Below are positions 21,227 to 30,587 of a stretch of DNA of 64,000 bases, piece by piece. Positions within the stretch are counted from its first letter, which is position 1. Every line of letters starts with the position of its first letter. Source of the DNA: Bacteroidales bacterium (GTDB lineage Bacteria > Bacteroidota > Bacteroidia > Bacteroidales > UBA7960); the NCBI GenBank assembly GCA_035477775.1, contig DATIKH010000085.1:3981-67980 (forward strand), read 5' to 3'. The notes beneath the pieces were generated by a model. The model ran no database searches. It worked only from the letters and a program-made list of their open reading frames with translations, and had not been told where the DNA came from. The position numbers and the translations under genes are program-made.

Positions 21227-21948
21227 AAAACAAAGAGGCAGGTCTGGCAAAATTGTACATTATCCCCACACCCATCGGGAATCTTGAAGATATTACCTTC
21301 CGGGCTCTGAAAATTTTAGAAAAACTGGATTTGTTGCTGGCTGAGGATACCCGCACTACATCGATCCTGTTGCAACATTACCAGCTTAAAGTCCCGATAT
21401 CGGCCTACCATCAGCATAATGAACACAAAATGCTGCCCTCCGTAATGAACAAACTTATTGGGGGTATGACCCTGGGCCTTGTTACCGATGCGGGTACCCC
21501 CGCCATTTCTGACCCGGGCTTTCTTTTGGTGCGCGAATGTATACGGCAGGGCATTGAAGTAGAGTGTCTGCCAGGGGCAACAGCATTTGTTCCGGCTTTG
21601 GTCAATTCAGGTTTGCCATCCGACAGGTTTTGTTTCGAGGGTTTTCTTCCCCAGAAGAAGGGCCGGTCGTCGAGGATTCTTTCCCTTACAGGAGAAACAC
21701 GTACCATGGTTTTCTACGAATCGCCCCACAGGCTGGTAAAAACATTAAAGTCCTTTGCCGAAGCTTTTGGCGAAACACGCTTGGCGAGCGTTTCGAGGGA
21801 GTTGAGCAAGGTATTTGAAGAAACCGTGCGCGGGTCGCTCTCCGAATTGATAACCCACTTTGAGAAGGGCGCAGTTAAAGGAGAGATTTGTATTGTTGTG
21901 GCGGGATTGCCAAAACATGATCCACACCAGGCAGACGGGGATGATTAA
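21223..21948 (+). CDS. rsmI: 16S rRNA (cytidine1402-2'-O)-methyltransferase RsmI
   Basis: [22 protein letters not shown]...LLAEDTR...[13 protein letters not shown] is the classic RsmI/tetrapyrrole-methylase-fold signature. Confidence 0.93.
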   Translation: MKNKEAGLAKLYIIPTPIGNLEDITFRALKILEKLDLLLAEDTRTTSILLQHYQLKVPISAYHQHNEHKMLPSVMNKLIGGMTLGLVTDAGTPAISDPGFLLVRECIRQGIEVECLPGATAFVPALVNSGLPSDRFCFEGFLPQKKGRSSRILSLTGETRTMVFYESPHRLVKTLKSFAEAFGETRLASVSRELSKVFEETVRGSLSELITHFEKGAVKGEICIVVAGLPKHDPHQADGDD

Positions 21949-23735
21949 TCGTTGAGTTTCAGAACAGCCATAAAGGCCTGCTGAGGAACCTCAACATTGC
22001 CTATCTGGCGCATCCTCTTTTTACCTTTCTTTTGTTTTTCGAGCAGTTTGCGTTTCCGCGAGATGTCGCCTCCATAACATTTGGCAGTAACGTCCTTTCT
22101 TAGAGCCTTAACGGTTTCCCTTGCTATGATTTTTGCACCGATACCTGCCTGAATGGCGATGTCGAATTGCTGACGGGGGATTAACTGGCGCAGTTTCTCG
22201 CAAATCTTTTTGCCGAATTCATAAGCATTGTCGCGATGTATGAGTGCCGAAAGGGCATCTACATGGTCTCCGTTGAGCAGGATGTCGAGTTTAATCAGGT
22301 CAGAATTCTTGTACCCGCATGGGTGGTAATCGAATGAGGCGTAACCGCGCGAAATGGTTTTCAGTTTATCGTAAAAGTCGAATACAATCTCGGCCAGTGG
22401 CATTTCGAATGTCATCTCCACACGATCGGTTGTCAGATAAACCTGGTTCTTTATGACACCTCGTTTGTCGAGGCATAGTGACATTATGGAGCCAACATAT
22501 TCGGACTTGGTGATGATTTGGGCGGTGATGTAAGGTTCCTCTATAAAATCGAGCAAATTCGGGCCGGGCAGGTCCGAAGGGTTATTCACCACCAGTTTGT
22601 CGCCCTTGTTTGTATATGCAAAATACGATACGTTGGGAACTGTGTTGATTACCGTCATATTGAACTCTCTTTCGAGGCGTTCCTGTACAATTTCCATGTG
22701 AAGCATACCCAGGAACCCGCACCGGAATCCAAACCCCAATGCAGCCGACGACTCCGGTTCAAAAGTAAGGGAGGCATCGTTGAGTTGCAGCTTCTCCATA
22801 GCAGTGCGTAACTCCTCAAAATCTTCCGTATCAACCGGATATATGCCGGCAAAAACCATGGGTTTTACATTTTCGAAGCCCTTGATGGCTTCCGGAGTAG
22901 GATTTTTCACGTGGGTAATGGTGTCGCCAACCTTAACCTCACGGGCGTCTTTGATGCCTGAAATAATATAACCTACATCACCAGCTGAAATTATGGGCAG
23001 AGGTACTTGCGACAATTTCAACACTCCTACCTCATCGGCGTGGTATTCGTGCTGGGTGTTCATAAACTTTACAAAATCACCAGTTCTCAGCTCACCATTT
23101 AGTACCCTGAAGTAGGCAATAACCCCCCTGAAAGAGTTATATACCGAGTCGAAAATCAAGGCCTGTAATGGGGCATTCGGATCGCCTGCAGGGGCTGGAA
23201 TCCTATTAACTATAGCTTCCAGAATTTTATCAACTCCGAAGCCTGTTTTGCCGCTCGATGGTATGATATCGTCGTAATCGCATCCTATCAGGTCAACAAT
23301 TTGATCGGCAACTTCTTCGGGCATGGCTCCGGGTAGGTCCATTTTATTGAGAACCGGAATGATTATCAGGTCGTGCTCCAGGGCAAGGTAAAGATTAGAA
23401 ATGGTCTGAGCTTCAATTCCCTGAGATGCGTCAACAACCAGCAAAGCGCCTTCGCAGGCTGCTATGGAACGCGATACTTCGTAGCTGAAATCCACATGTC
23501 CGGGGGTGTCAATCAGATTTAGCTTGTATTGCTGCCCATTCATTTCATATTCCATCTGCACGGCATGGCTTTTTATGGTAATGCCACGTTCGCGCTCCAG
23601 GTCCATATTGTCGAGCAACTGATTCTTAAATTCGCGGTCGCTTATGGTATTGGTGGTTTGTAAAAGGCGGTCGGCCAGGGTGCTCTTGCCGTGGTCGATA
23701 TGGGCAATAATGCAAAAATTACGAATGTTTTTCAT
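21945..23735 (-). CDS. lepA: Translation elongation factor 4 (LepA)
   Basis: [37 protein letters not shown] and the C-terminal LepA domain. I prefer the ATG at 23735 over the upstream TTG at 23744. Confidence 0.97.
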   Translation of the reverse strand: MKNIRNFCIIAHIDHGKSTLADRLLQTTNTISDREFKNQLLDNMDLERERGITIKSHAVQMEYEMNGQQYKLNLIDTPGHVDFSYEVSRSIAACEGALLVVDASQGIEAQTISNLYLALEHDLIIIPVLNKMDLPGAMPEEVADQIVDLIGCDYDDIIPSSGKTGFGVDKILEAIVNRIPAPAGDPNAPLQALIFDSVYNSFRGVIAYFRVLNGELRTGDFVKFMNTQHEYHADEVGVLKLSQVPLPIISAGDVGYIISGIKDAREVKVGDTITHVKNPTPEAIKGFENVKPMVFAGIYPVDTEDFEELRTAMEKLQLNDASLTFEPESSAALGFGFRCGFLGMLHMEIVQERLEREFNMTVINTVPNVSYFAYTNKGDKLVVNNPSDLPGPNLLDFIEEPYITAQIITKSEYVGSIMSLCLDKRGVIKNQVYLTTDRVEMTFEMPLAEIVFDFYDKLKTISRGYASFDYHPCGYKNSDLIKLDILLNGDHVDALSALIHRDNAYEFGKKICEKLRQLIPRQQFDIAIQAGIGAKIIARETVKALRKDVTAKCYGGDISRKRKLLEKQKKGKKRMRQIGNVEVPQQAFMAVLKLND

Positions 23736-23741
23736 AGACCA

Positions 23742-23749
23742 CAAAACTA
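23742..23749 (-). promoter_or_regulatory. -7 box TAGTTTTG only 6 nt upstream of the lepA ATG
   Basis: The minus strand reads TAGTTTTG. If it is used, the lepA mRNA would be essentially leaderless. Confidence 0.35.
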
Positions 23750-23772
23750 CTTATAAAAAACCATAATTTGCT

Positions 23773-23780
23773 TATTTTTG
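23773..23780 (+). promoter_or_regulatory. -7 box TATTTTTG upstream of the CUB/P-domain gene
   Basis: Exact TAnnTTTG match 73 nt upstream of the ATG at 23853. Confidence 0.4.
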
Positions 23781-23852
23781 GAAATTCTGGGTATTGACCA
23801 TAATAAAGCTAAGGCCGTATCCGTAATTTTGCTGAATGGAAAATTAGTCTTC

Positions 23853-25910
23853 ATGAGAAATCTCAAAATCCTGCCCTTTCTCGCGGTCTTTTTGTTGAGC
23901 CTCAAGACCAATGCGCAGCCTGTTTATCCAATAAACAGTTTTTCAGGGCAGGTAGTATCAACTTGCTCCGGTCGTTTTACCGACAGCAGTGGCGATTTTG
24001 GCGGTCTTTATGGTCCCAACGAAGACTTCTCGGTAACCTTTTGCAGCAACAACCCCCTTGCCAGCGTGTTGGTAATACATTTTAGACTTTTTGAACTTGG
24101 GGCCGGCGACTGGCTTTATGTGTATGATGGCGCCAATGCCTCCGCTCCTTTGTTGATGCAGGCAACCGGAACCCAGCTGCAGGATATGAGGTTTTATGCC
24201 TCCGGTGGCTGCCTTCATTTCCGCTTTGTTTCCTCTCCAACCCAGCAGGGAAGAGGATGGGATGCTTCCATCAGTTGCATGAGCCTTTGCGAAAGCTATC
24301 AGGTCAATATCATACCGCAAACAGGTACATTTTTGCTGTGCCCCGGAACCCAACAGGTTACGTTCGATGCACTGGCGGGGTTCTTGCCTCGGCATACCGG
24401 TTTCAATCCAGCACAGGTAAGCTATCAGTGGCGGATTGGTTCGTCCCAATACACAGGAGCCAGAATTACCCATCAATTCCAGGAGTCAGGAGCATTTCCG
24501 GTAACCGTTACGGCAACCGATGCATTAACCGGATGTACTGCGAGCCGGACAGAATTAGTAAAAATTGGGACAATTCCTGATTTCTTTGGCACCCTTGCCA
24601 CGGCCGATACTGTTTGTTCAGGGGAGCCTTTTTCGCTAAGGGGAGTTGCCAACCCAACTTTGTGGACCGGTTTCCCTATTGAGGTTCGGGAAACGGTGCT
24701 TATACCCGACGGTACAGGGCATCAATACGAATCGTTTCTTGATTTCGACGTATTTGGAGCGGGAGATAGAATCCTTTCGCCCCTGGATGTGAAAAAGGTT
24801 TGCATAGACATAGAACATGCTGTTAGCGGCCAACTGCGCATGGAATTGGAATGCCCTTCGGGCAATCGGATGGTACTCAAAGACTTCGGCGAAGGAACAG
24901 CAAACCTGGGCGAACCCGTAATATGGGACCCAGCCATGCCAGGCAGGGGATATACATATTGCTTTGTTAATGGCGCAGCTTTTGGAACCATGAATACGAC
25001 CGCGCCCCGCTTTCATGCTTATACCGACCGGGCTGGTAACTACTACTTCAATGCCCCGTTTTTGCCAGCTGGCTCATACACCCCCGATGACAGTTTTAAT
25101 TCCCTGATTAATTGCCCGCTCAATGGGAGGTGGACTTTGAGAGTCAGGGACAACACCCCGGGCGACAACGGATTTGTTTTCGGTTGGACACTCCATTTTC
25201 AGGAAATCTTTTATCCCGACTCATTGTATTTTGCCCCACAAATCGTGCAGCATAGGTGGTTCAGAGGTACTCAGCAGCTTACCGGAAATCCGGCTAATGT
25301 TACGGTTAACGAGCCCGGAAATCATATATTCCGGTTTGAGGCTACAGATAATTTTGGGTGCAGGTTCGATACCGCCCTGGTGGTTAACGTCAGGCGACTC
25401 CCATTAGCAGAGATTCTTTCAGAAATGGAGTTACCGCTTTGCAAAGGCGATTCTACCTTACTCACCGTACAACCTATCGGCCAGGTGCATCCGCATTGGT
25501 CGTATCAATGGCTAAGAAGTAATAATCCTATACCTAATGCCGTAAACAGTACATTTATGGCAACCACCCCGGGAGAATATTCCGTTAGGGTGACAGATAT
25601 GGAAACCGGTTGCCTGAATTTTTTCGATATTTCAGTTACAGATCAGAATTGCGATTTAACCATACCAACAGTTTTTACACCCAACAACGATGGGATCAAT
25701 GATGTATTTGAAATCTTAAACCTTGAACACTACCAATCTCAGATAGTTATTTTCAACCGATGGGGTAAAAGGGTCTTTGAACATAGGGACTATTTTAACA
25801 ACTGGTGGGATGGCGCCAATGCCCCCGATGGCACCTATTTTTATGTTTTAACCTATACCCGTGGAGAAACAACCCGATCAGCTGAAGGAGTCATCACAAT
25901 CATACGCTGA
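23853..25910 (+). CDS. Secreted CUB-like plus proprotein-convertase P-domain protein with T9SS type-B (gliding-motility-associated) C-terminal domain
   Basis: Signal peptide MRNLKILPFLAVFLLSLKTNAQ. CUB-like segment CSGRFTDSSGDFGGLYGPNEDFSVTFCS...DWLYVYDG. P-domain-like segment IDIEHAVSGQLRMELECPSGNRMVLKD...GRWTLRVRDNTPGDNGFVFGWTLHF. C-terminus TVFTPNNDGINDVFEI...DGTYFYVL is the type-B CTD. Confidence 0.8.
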   Translation: MRNLKILPFLAVFLLSLKTNAQPVYPINSFSGQVVSTCSGRFTDSSGDFGGLYGPNEDFSVTFCSNNPLASVLVIHFRLFELGAGDWLYVYDGANASAPLLMQATGTQLQDMRFYASGGCLHFRFVSSPTQQGRGWDASISCMSLCESYQVNIIPQTGTFLLCPGTQQVTFDALAGFLPRHTGFNPAQVSYQWRIGSSQYTGARITHQFQESGAFPVTVTATDALTGCTASRTELVKIGTIPDFFGTLATADTVCSGEPFSLRGVANPTLWTGFPIEVRETVLIPDGTGHQYESFLDFDVFGAGDRILSPLDVKKVCIDIEHAVSGQLRMELECPSGNRMVLKDFGEGTANLGEPVIWDPAMPGRGYTYCFVNGAAFGTMNTTAPRFHAYTDRAGNYYFNAPFLPAGSYTPDDSFNSLINCPLNGRWTLRVRDNTPGDNGFVFGWTLHFQEIFYPDSLYFAPQIVQHRWFRGTQQLTGNPANVTVNEPGNHIFRFEATDNFGCRFDTALVVNVRRLPLAEILSEMELPLCKGDSTLLTVQPIGQVHPHWSYQWLRSNNPIPNAVNSTFMATTPGEYSVRVTDMETGCLNFFDISVTDQNCDLTIPTVFTPNNDGINDVFEILNLEHYQSQIVIFNRWGKRVFEHRDYFNNWWDGANAPDGTYFYVLTYTRGETTRSAEGVITIIR

Positions 25911-26021
25911 CAAAAAGGCATATATTTCTGGTATTCGCCTGTGTTTTTATTGAATCTTATTAAGGTAGCTGATTGGGTACGAATTTTGACAGAGGTACAA
26001 TGAACCCCAAATACCTCCAAA

Positions 26022-28244
26022 ATGTTATTTGAAAAAACCATCCAGCAATACGGATTCATTGTAAGGTGCCTGCATTCACACAGGGTTTACGACGCCATTG
26101 AAAGCCTCCGGCAAATGATTCAGCAAACCCACAAGGAATTTCTTTCCGAAAGGGTGGATAATCTCAATGAAACTTACAAGAACCTTCTGCGCTATACATT
26201 TGCTAATATTCAGGACCCGGAACGTGAAAAAGTTTACAATTACATCATAAGGAGCCTGCTTGAACTTGCCGACGAAGTAAAGGAGTTGATTCTTACTGCA
26301 GGCATGGTAAATAATGTTTACAGGGTCAAAAATCAAATGCTTGGTGAAAAAAGGCTTGAGCGGGCTGATATCCGGTTTTTTCTGGAAAAGCTTACGTTCG
26401 ACAAGGATTTGTTTGGGCTGCTTCAGGATGAGCCTATAGCGCTCCACCCAGAAGAACCGGTAAGGGAAGATGCATTAAAAAAATTGTTCAACATTATATG
26501 GCTGACCGACAGGTACAACGATGCCGAGATTGACCTGCTCAGTGCTGCCTGCAATTCGCAAAAGCTGCCCTGGCACGACAAATCTTTGGTTGTAAGTGCA
26601 CTGACTTTGAGCCTGCTCCGGTATTTCGACCTGAATAAGTTTTTGCTTTTGTTTCGCTTTGCGGCAAGAATGGAAGAAAAAGTATGGGAGCGGGCGCTGA
26701 TTGGGCTTTTTTTAGCTTCGCTCAAATATTATGACAGGTTTCATCTATATCCTGCATTAGAAGAAAAAACACTGGAATTCAGAAATTTTCCCGAGATAGA
26801 ACAAAATATCGAAGCAATTGTAATTCAGTTTACAAAAGCCAAGGAAACCCAGAAAGTGCTGCGCAAATGGGAGGAAGAAATTTTGCCAGCCATGCTGAAA
26901 ATGCGGCCTAAAATAGAAGAAAAACTGGGCCTTGACCAAATCTTTAAGTCGGAATTCGGGGAAGAACGAAACCCCGACTGGGAAACGGTTTTTGAAGATG
27001 TTCCCGGATTATTAGATAAGCTGCAAAAGTTTTCCGAAATGCAGCTCGAAGGCATGGATGTGTTCATGAGCGCATTTTCGCAACTGAAAGGATTTCCATT
27101 CTTCATGGAAATCAGCAACTGGTTCATGCCGTTTTATACTGAAAATTCGGCCATTAAACCGGCTTTGGGTGAAGGCGAAGACCAGGCAGACCTTAGCCCC
27201 CTCTTTCAAAGGCTCGAAAGTACTTACATCATTTGCAATAGCGATAAGTACTCACTTTGTCTTAATCTTATGATGGTACCGGAGCAACAAAAATCCTTGA
27301 TGATAAATATGTTCAAATCCGAAATGGAATCCATTTCGGATGTGGAACATGGAGAGGAATACCTGCGCGGATTTTCACAATCTAAAGGGATCTATACTCA
27401 ATATTTTCAGGACCTTTACCGTTTTTTTAAGCTGCATCCCTGGCGCCAGGAGTTCGAAGATGTTTTTGCCCTCGAAACCGACCTGTACGAATCTCCATTC
27501 GTGAAGCACCTTGTATCCGGAACAAAAACCATCCGAAATATTGCGGAACTTTATTTCGACAAGAAATTCTATCAGGATGCCTTGAAGGTTTTTCTGGCGA
27601 TCATTGGCAATGACAAGACCAACATCGAATTGTTCGAAAAAATTGCATTCTGCTACGAGAAAACAGGAAATCTGGAAAAAGCTTACGATTACTACCTAAA
27701 AGCTGATTTGATAGAATCGGACAGGCCCTGGATCCTGAAAAAAATAGCCAACTGTTGCAAATATCTCAACAAATGGGAGGAAGCATTATCCAATTACAGG
27801 CAGCTTGAAAAAGCAGATCCCGATGACCTGAGTGTTCAGGCAAATATCGGTCAATGTCTCGTTCACCTCGAGCGCTACAGCGAAGCACTTGATTATTACT
27901 TTAAAATTGAAGTATTGGCCCCGGAAAATCACCTGATAAGGAGGCCGCTGGCGTGGTGTTCGTTCCTGACAGGAAAGCTCGATACTGCCAAAGACTACCT
28001 GGAAAGACTTCTGGAGGCCTACCCTGAAAATCCCCACGACCTGCAAAACCTTGGTCATGTTCTATGGTGCCAGGGAAAACCCATTGATGCCCTACGTTGT
28101 TATTGCAAAAGCCTGAGCTTGTCAGCTAACTTTCAGTCTTTTCAGAATAATTTTAAGGACGACAGCAAGTACTTGGCGCAATACGGAATCAGTCAGTTCG
28201 ACATCGATCTCATGCTCGATTTTGTGAAAATGGGGGAATTTTAA
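26022..28244 (+). CDS. Large cytoplasmic protein with C-terminal TPR repeats (740 aa)
   Basis: The C-terminal ~220 aa show TPR-like periodicity (YYDKKFYQDALKVF..., EKAYDYYLKA..., EEALSNYRQLEKADP..., SEALDYYFKIEVLAP...). The N-terminal 500 aa are not recognised. Confidence 0.7.
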   Translation: MLFEKTIQQYGFIVRCLHSHRVYDAIESLRQMIQQTHKEFLSERVDNLNETYKNLLRYTFANIQDPEREKVYNYIIRSLLELADEVKELILTAGMVNNVYRVKNQMLGEKRLERADIRFFLEKLTFDKDLFGLLQDEPIALHPEEPVREDALKKLFNIIWLTDRYNDAEIDLLSAACNSQKLPWHDKSLVVSALTLSLLRYFDLNKFLLLFRFAARMEEKVWERALIGLFLASLKYYDRFHLYPALEEKTLEFRNFPEIEQNIEAIVIQFTKAKETQKVLRKWEEEILPAMLKMRPKIEEKLGLDQIFKSEFGEERNPDWETVFEDVPGLLDKLQKFSEMQLEGMDVFMSAFSQLKGFPFFMEISNWFMPFYTENSAIKPALGEGEDQADLSPLFQRLESTYIICNSDKYSLCLNLMMVPEQQKSLMINMFKSEMESISDVEHGEEYLRGFSQSKGIYTQYFQDLYRFFKLHPWRQEFEDVFALETDLYESPFVKHLVSGTKTIRNIAELYFDKKFYQDALKVFLAIIGNDKTNIELFEKIAFCYEKTGNLEKAYDYYLKADLIESDRPWILKKIANCCKYLNKWEEALSNYRQLEKADPDDLSVQANIGQCLVHLERYSEALDYYFKIEVLAPENHLIRRPLAWCSFLTGKLDTAKDYLERLLEAYPENPHDLQNLGHVLWCQGKPIDALRCYCKSLSLSANFQSFQNNFKDDSKYLAQYGISQFDIDLMLDFVKMGEF

Positions 28245-28379
28245 AAAAAATTTTTCTTTCACGCAGCATTTTACCCGATTTTCCCGTCTGATATTTGTTG
28301 AAGGCAAAACTTTTGATTTTTTCAATTTTTTTTCCTTTATAACTATCAGGTTTTTCCTTTTTTCGGATCAGGTCTTTTT

Positions 28380-28547
28380 ATGTTTCAGGGACACACGGTA
28401 ATGGCCGCCAAAACTTACACCGGGCCCTCCGGTAAAGTAGTTGACCAACCATTAACCCAACCAACTGACCCAGCGGCCATTTCCCTGAAACTTAAACCAC
28501 CTGCAAAACAAACCCACGACCGGTCAGGATTCTGACCGGTTTTTTTT
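28380..28547 (+). ncRNA. Candidate structured small RNA or leader; the same span is alternatively a 51-codon small ORF (28380-28535)
   Basis: Perfect helices 28382-28391/28482-28491 (10 bp) and 28400-28408/28473-28481 (9 bp) enclose two hairpins, followed by an intrinsic terminator. See findings. Confidence 0.4.
28518..28547 (+). terminator. Strong intrinsic terminator
   Basis: ACCGGTCAG (28519-28527), loop gatt, CTGACCGGT (32-40), followed by a run of T to 28547. Confidence 0.8.
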
Positions 28548-28650
28548 AAAAAGAAATTGATGAGTGTATTGCTGCCAAACAGGATGTCAATACCCATCTT
28601 CATAAATTTTGTGGAATTAGAGTCAGGTTTTTGTAATTTACAGAAATTAA

Positions 28651-28658
28651 TATCTTTG
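28651..28658 (+). promoter_or_regulatory. -7 box TATCTTTG abutting or overlapping the annotated start of the ECF sigma gene
   Basis: Exact TAnnTTTG match. Its final G is the first base of the GTG at 28658. Confidence 0.4.
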
Positions 28659-29227
28659 TGGAAAGCAAAAACCTCTTTGTGGAAGCACTGAAAAGCATCG
28701 TTAAGGGTTGTTTGAAACAAAACAAAGCAGACCAGCATAAGCTGTACGCATTGTTTTCGCAAAAGATGTATGGGGTATGCCTGCGATATGCCGGAAACTA
28801 TCATGAAGCACAGGATATTTTGCAGGAAGGCTTTATTAAAGTTTTTGAAAAACTGGATTCATTCAGGTGGCAGGGAAGTCTTGAAGGCTGGATAAAGCGG
28901 ATTATGATCCACTCGGCCATTGAAAAGTACCGGGAAAGGATTTATTACCTTTCTACTGATGATTTCCGGTTTGCACCCGGTATTTATCAGGAGAATTCGG
29001 CAACCGACAAAATAGCTCTTGACGACATCCTTAGCCTCATTCAAATGCTTCCCGACCAATACAGAATGGTGTTCAATATGGCAGTTATAGAAGGGTTGAA
29101 CCACAAAGAGATAGGAGAGTTGTTAGGTATTTCAGAATCCACTTCGAGGTCAAATCTTTCCAGAGCCAGAAGCATTTTGCAGGAATGGATACTTAAAGAG
29201 GAAAGAATTCTTGAAAAGGCAATTTAA
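28658..29227 (+). CDS. ECF-type RNA polymerase sigma-70 family factor
   Basis: Region 2 (QDILQEGFIKVFEKLDSFR...GWIKRIMIHSAI) and region 4 HTH (YRMVFNMAVIEGLNHKEIGELLGISESTSRSNLSRAR). The start is uncertain: GTG at 28658 or in-frame GTG at 28679, with no ATG before the conserved region. Confidence 0.9.
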   Translation: MESKNLFVEALKSIVKGCLKQNKADQHKLYALFSQKMYGVCLRYAGNYHEAQDILQEGFIKVFEKLDSFRWQGSLEGWIKRIMIHSAIEKYRERIYYLSTDDFRFAPGIYQENSATDKIALDDILSLIQMLPDQYRMVFNMAVIEGLNHKEIGELLGISESTSRSNLSRARSILQEWILKEERILEKAI

Positions 29228-29230
29228 ACT

Positions 29231-30586
29231 ATGAAGGCTGATTATTTCAGATATGAAGAGGAACTCAGGGAAGCCTTCGAAGATTTCAAGGTAAGGCCCC
29301 CGGCATCTGTCTGGTACGGTATCGTTGACGAACTGCCTGCAAAAGCGCCAAGAAAAAAAATTCCTCAGGTATGGCTGGTAGCAGCCTCAGTGGCTCTTTT
29401 TTTGGCATCCACTGTTTTTGTTTGGATCTATTCCGGAAGATTGAATCTGATGCAGGGCTTGGTTGCTTTACAGCAACAATCCGATTATGGTGATAGGCTC
29501 ACTGATAATTCTGCAAGTACAACCTTGGGAGAATCAGTATTGCTTGAAAACACTGAGCAGCAGCCACAAGGAGAGACACCCTCTGGAACCAAAATTTACC
29601 AATCCGGAATCCCCTCGTTGTCTTCTGAAGGTTTTACAGGACCACCTGTACCTGTAGTTTCACTCGACGGCAACATTGCAACTGAAATTCCTTCATTAGC
29701 TTTAGAGAACGCTCCTGATCTGGCCGACAACAGTTCGGCTATACAAGTAGTCAGTAATTTTGAAACAATCGACCTCAATCAACCGGAAGTTTCCAGAACA
29801 CGCATTGATCTTGGAGGTCATTTTGCTATGCGGTACAGTTCAAGGAGCCTTACCAACAGTCCCACCCAGTTGACCTCCAATCCGCTGAAGGGCATTGAGA
29901 ATCCCATTATGACTTTTGATGCCGGCATATCGCTTACCCTCAGCTCGAAGTCGCGCCTGAGCTTTCAAACAGGAGTTCATTACTCTACAATGGGCCAGTA
30001 TGTCAACAATATTGATGTTTTCTCAAACCCTGAACTGCTCTCGCTTTTTAAAAATACCACCTACGACATGTTTGGAAGTGCCCAAACTATGGTAACCTCG
30101 CACGGATTTATTCAATTGAACGAAACGGGTCAGTTGTTCTCAAGAACTGGGGCAACAAGTTCAATTAAGAATTCGAATGCACTTATTCTTGGGGAGTCAT
30201 ACCCTCTAAGTTTAAATGATTTTGGACTAACCCAGATGTTTAGTTTTATTGAGGTGCCTTTGATAGCACGCTTCCGAATGCTTGACCACGGCCTTACGAT
30301 GCACATGAAAGGTGGAGTTTCAGCAAGCTACATGGTTAGCAATAACGTATTCCCAAGCCGGGGCTCTGTAAGGCAATCTATTGGAGAAACCTTTGGTATC
30401 CGACAACTGAATTTTGAAGGAATCGTTGGGGTTGTTGTAGATGTACCTATTACAAGAAACATTTCCTTCCAGCTTGAACCCACTGCCCAATTTTTCTTCT
30501 TTCCAATGATTGATGGATTCAACTATTTTGGAAGGCCAATACCCTACAGCTTTTCGCTGTTTACAGGCATAACCTACGGCTTTTAA
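29231..30586 (+). CDS. Anti-sigma-like N-terminus plus single TM helix plus C-terminal outer-membrane beta-barrel-like domain (451 aa)
   Basis: Starts 4 nt after the sigma gene stop. Charged N-terminal ~45 aa, hydrophobic helix at about aa 47-67 (VWLVAASVALFLASTVFVWIY). The C-terminal half has alternating-hydrophobic strands and a terminal aromatic residue (GITYGF). Confidence 0.6.
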   Translation: MKADYFRYEEELREAFEDFKVRPPASVWYGIVDELPAKAPRKKIPQVWLVAASVALFLASTVFVWIYSGRLNLMQGLVALQQQSDYGDRLTDNSASTTLGESVLLENTEQQPQGETPSGTKIYQSGIPSLSSEGFTGPPVPVVSLDGNIATEIPSLALENAPDLADNSSAIQVVSNFETIDLNQPEVSRTRIDLGGHFAMRYSSRSLTNSPTQLTSNPLKGIENPIMTFDAGISLTLSSKSRLSFQTGVHYSTMGQYVNNIDVFSNPELLSLFKNTTYDMFGSAQTMVTSHGFIQLNETGQLFSRTGATSSIKNSNALILGESYPLSLNDFGLTQMFSFIEVPLIARFRMLDHGLTMHMKGGVSASYMVSNNVFPSRGSVRQSIGETFGIRQLNFEGIVGVVVDVPITRNISFQLEPTAQFFFFPMIDGFNYFGRPIPYSFSLFTGITYGF

Positions 30587-30587
30587 T

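Noticed and set aside
21945-21948. Convergent genes sharing overlapping stop codons (rsmI/lepA TTAA at 21945-21948), and a 20-nt convergent 3' overlap of the antiporter and the PHP phosphatase genes (56212-56231).
   Set aside because: Tight convergent packing is common in compact bacterial genomes, and no additional structure or motif was evident. Not considered biologically special without expression data.
28415-28804. 129-aa minus-strand ORF spanning the structured intergenic element and the 5' end of the sigma gene.
   Set aside because: It overlaps the conserved N-terminus of the ECF sigma factor on the opposite strand and runs through a plus-strand terminator. It has no motifs, and its composition is not protein-like.
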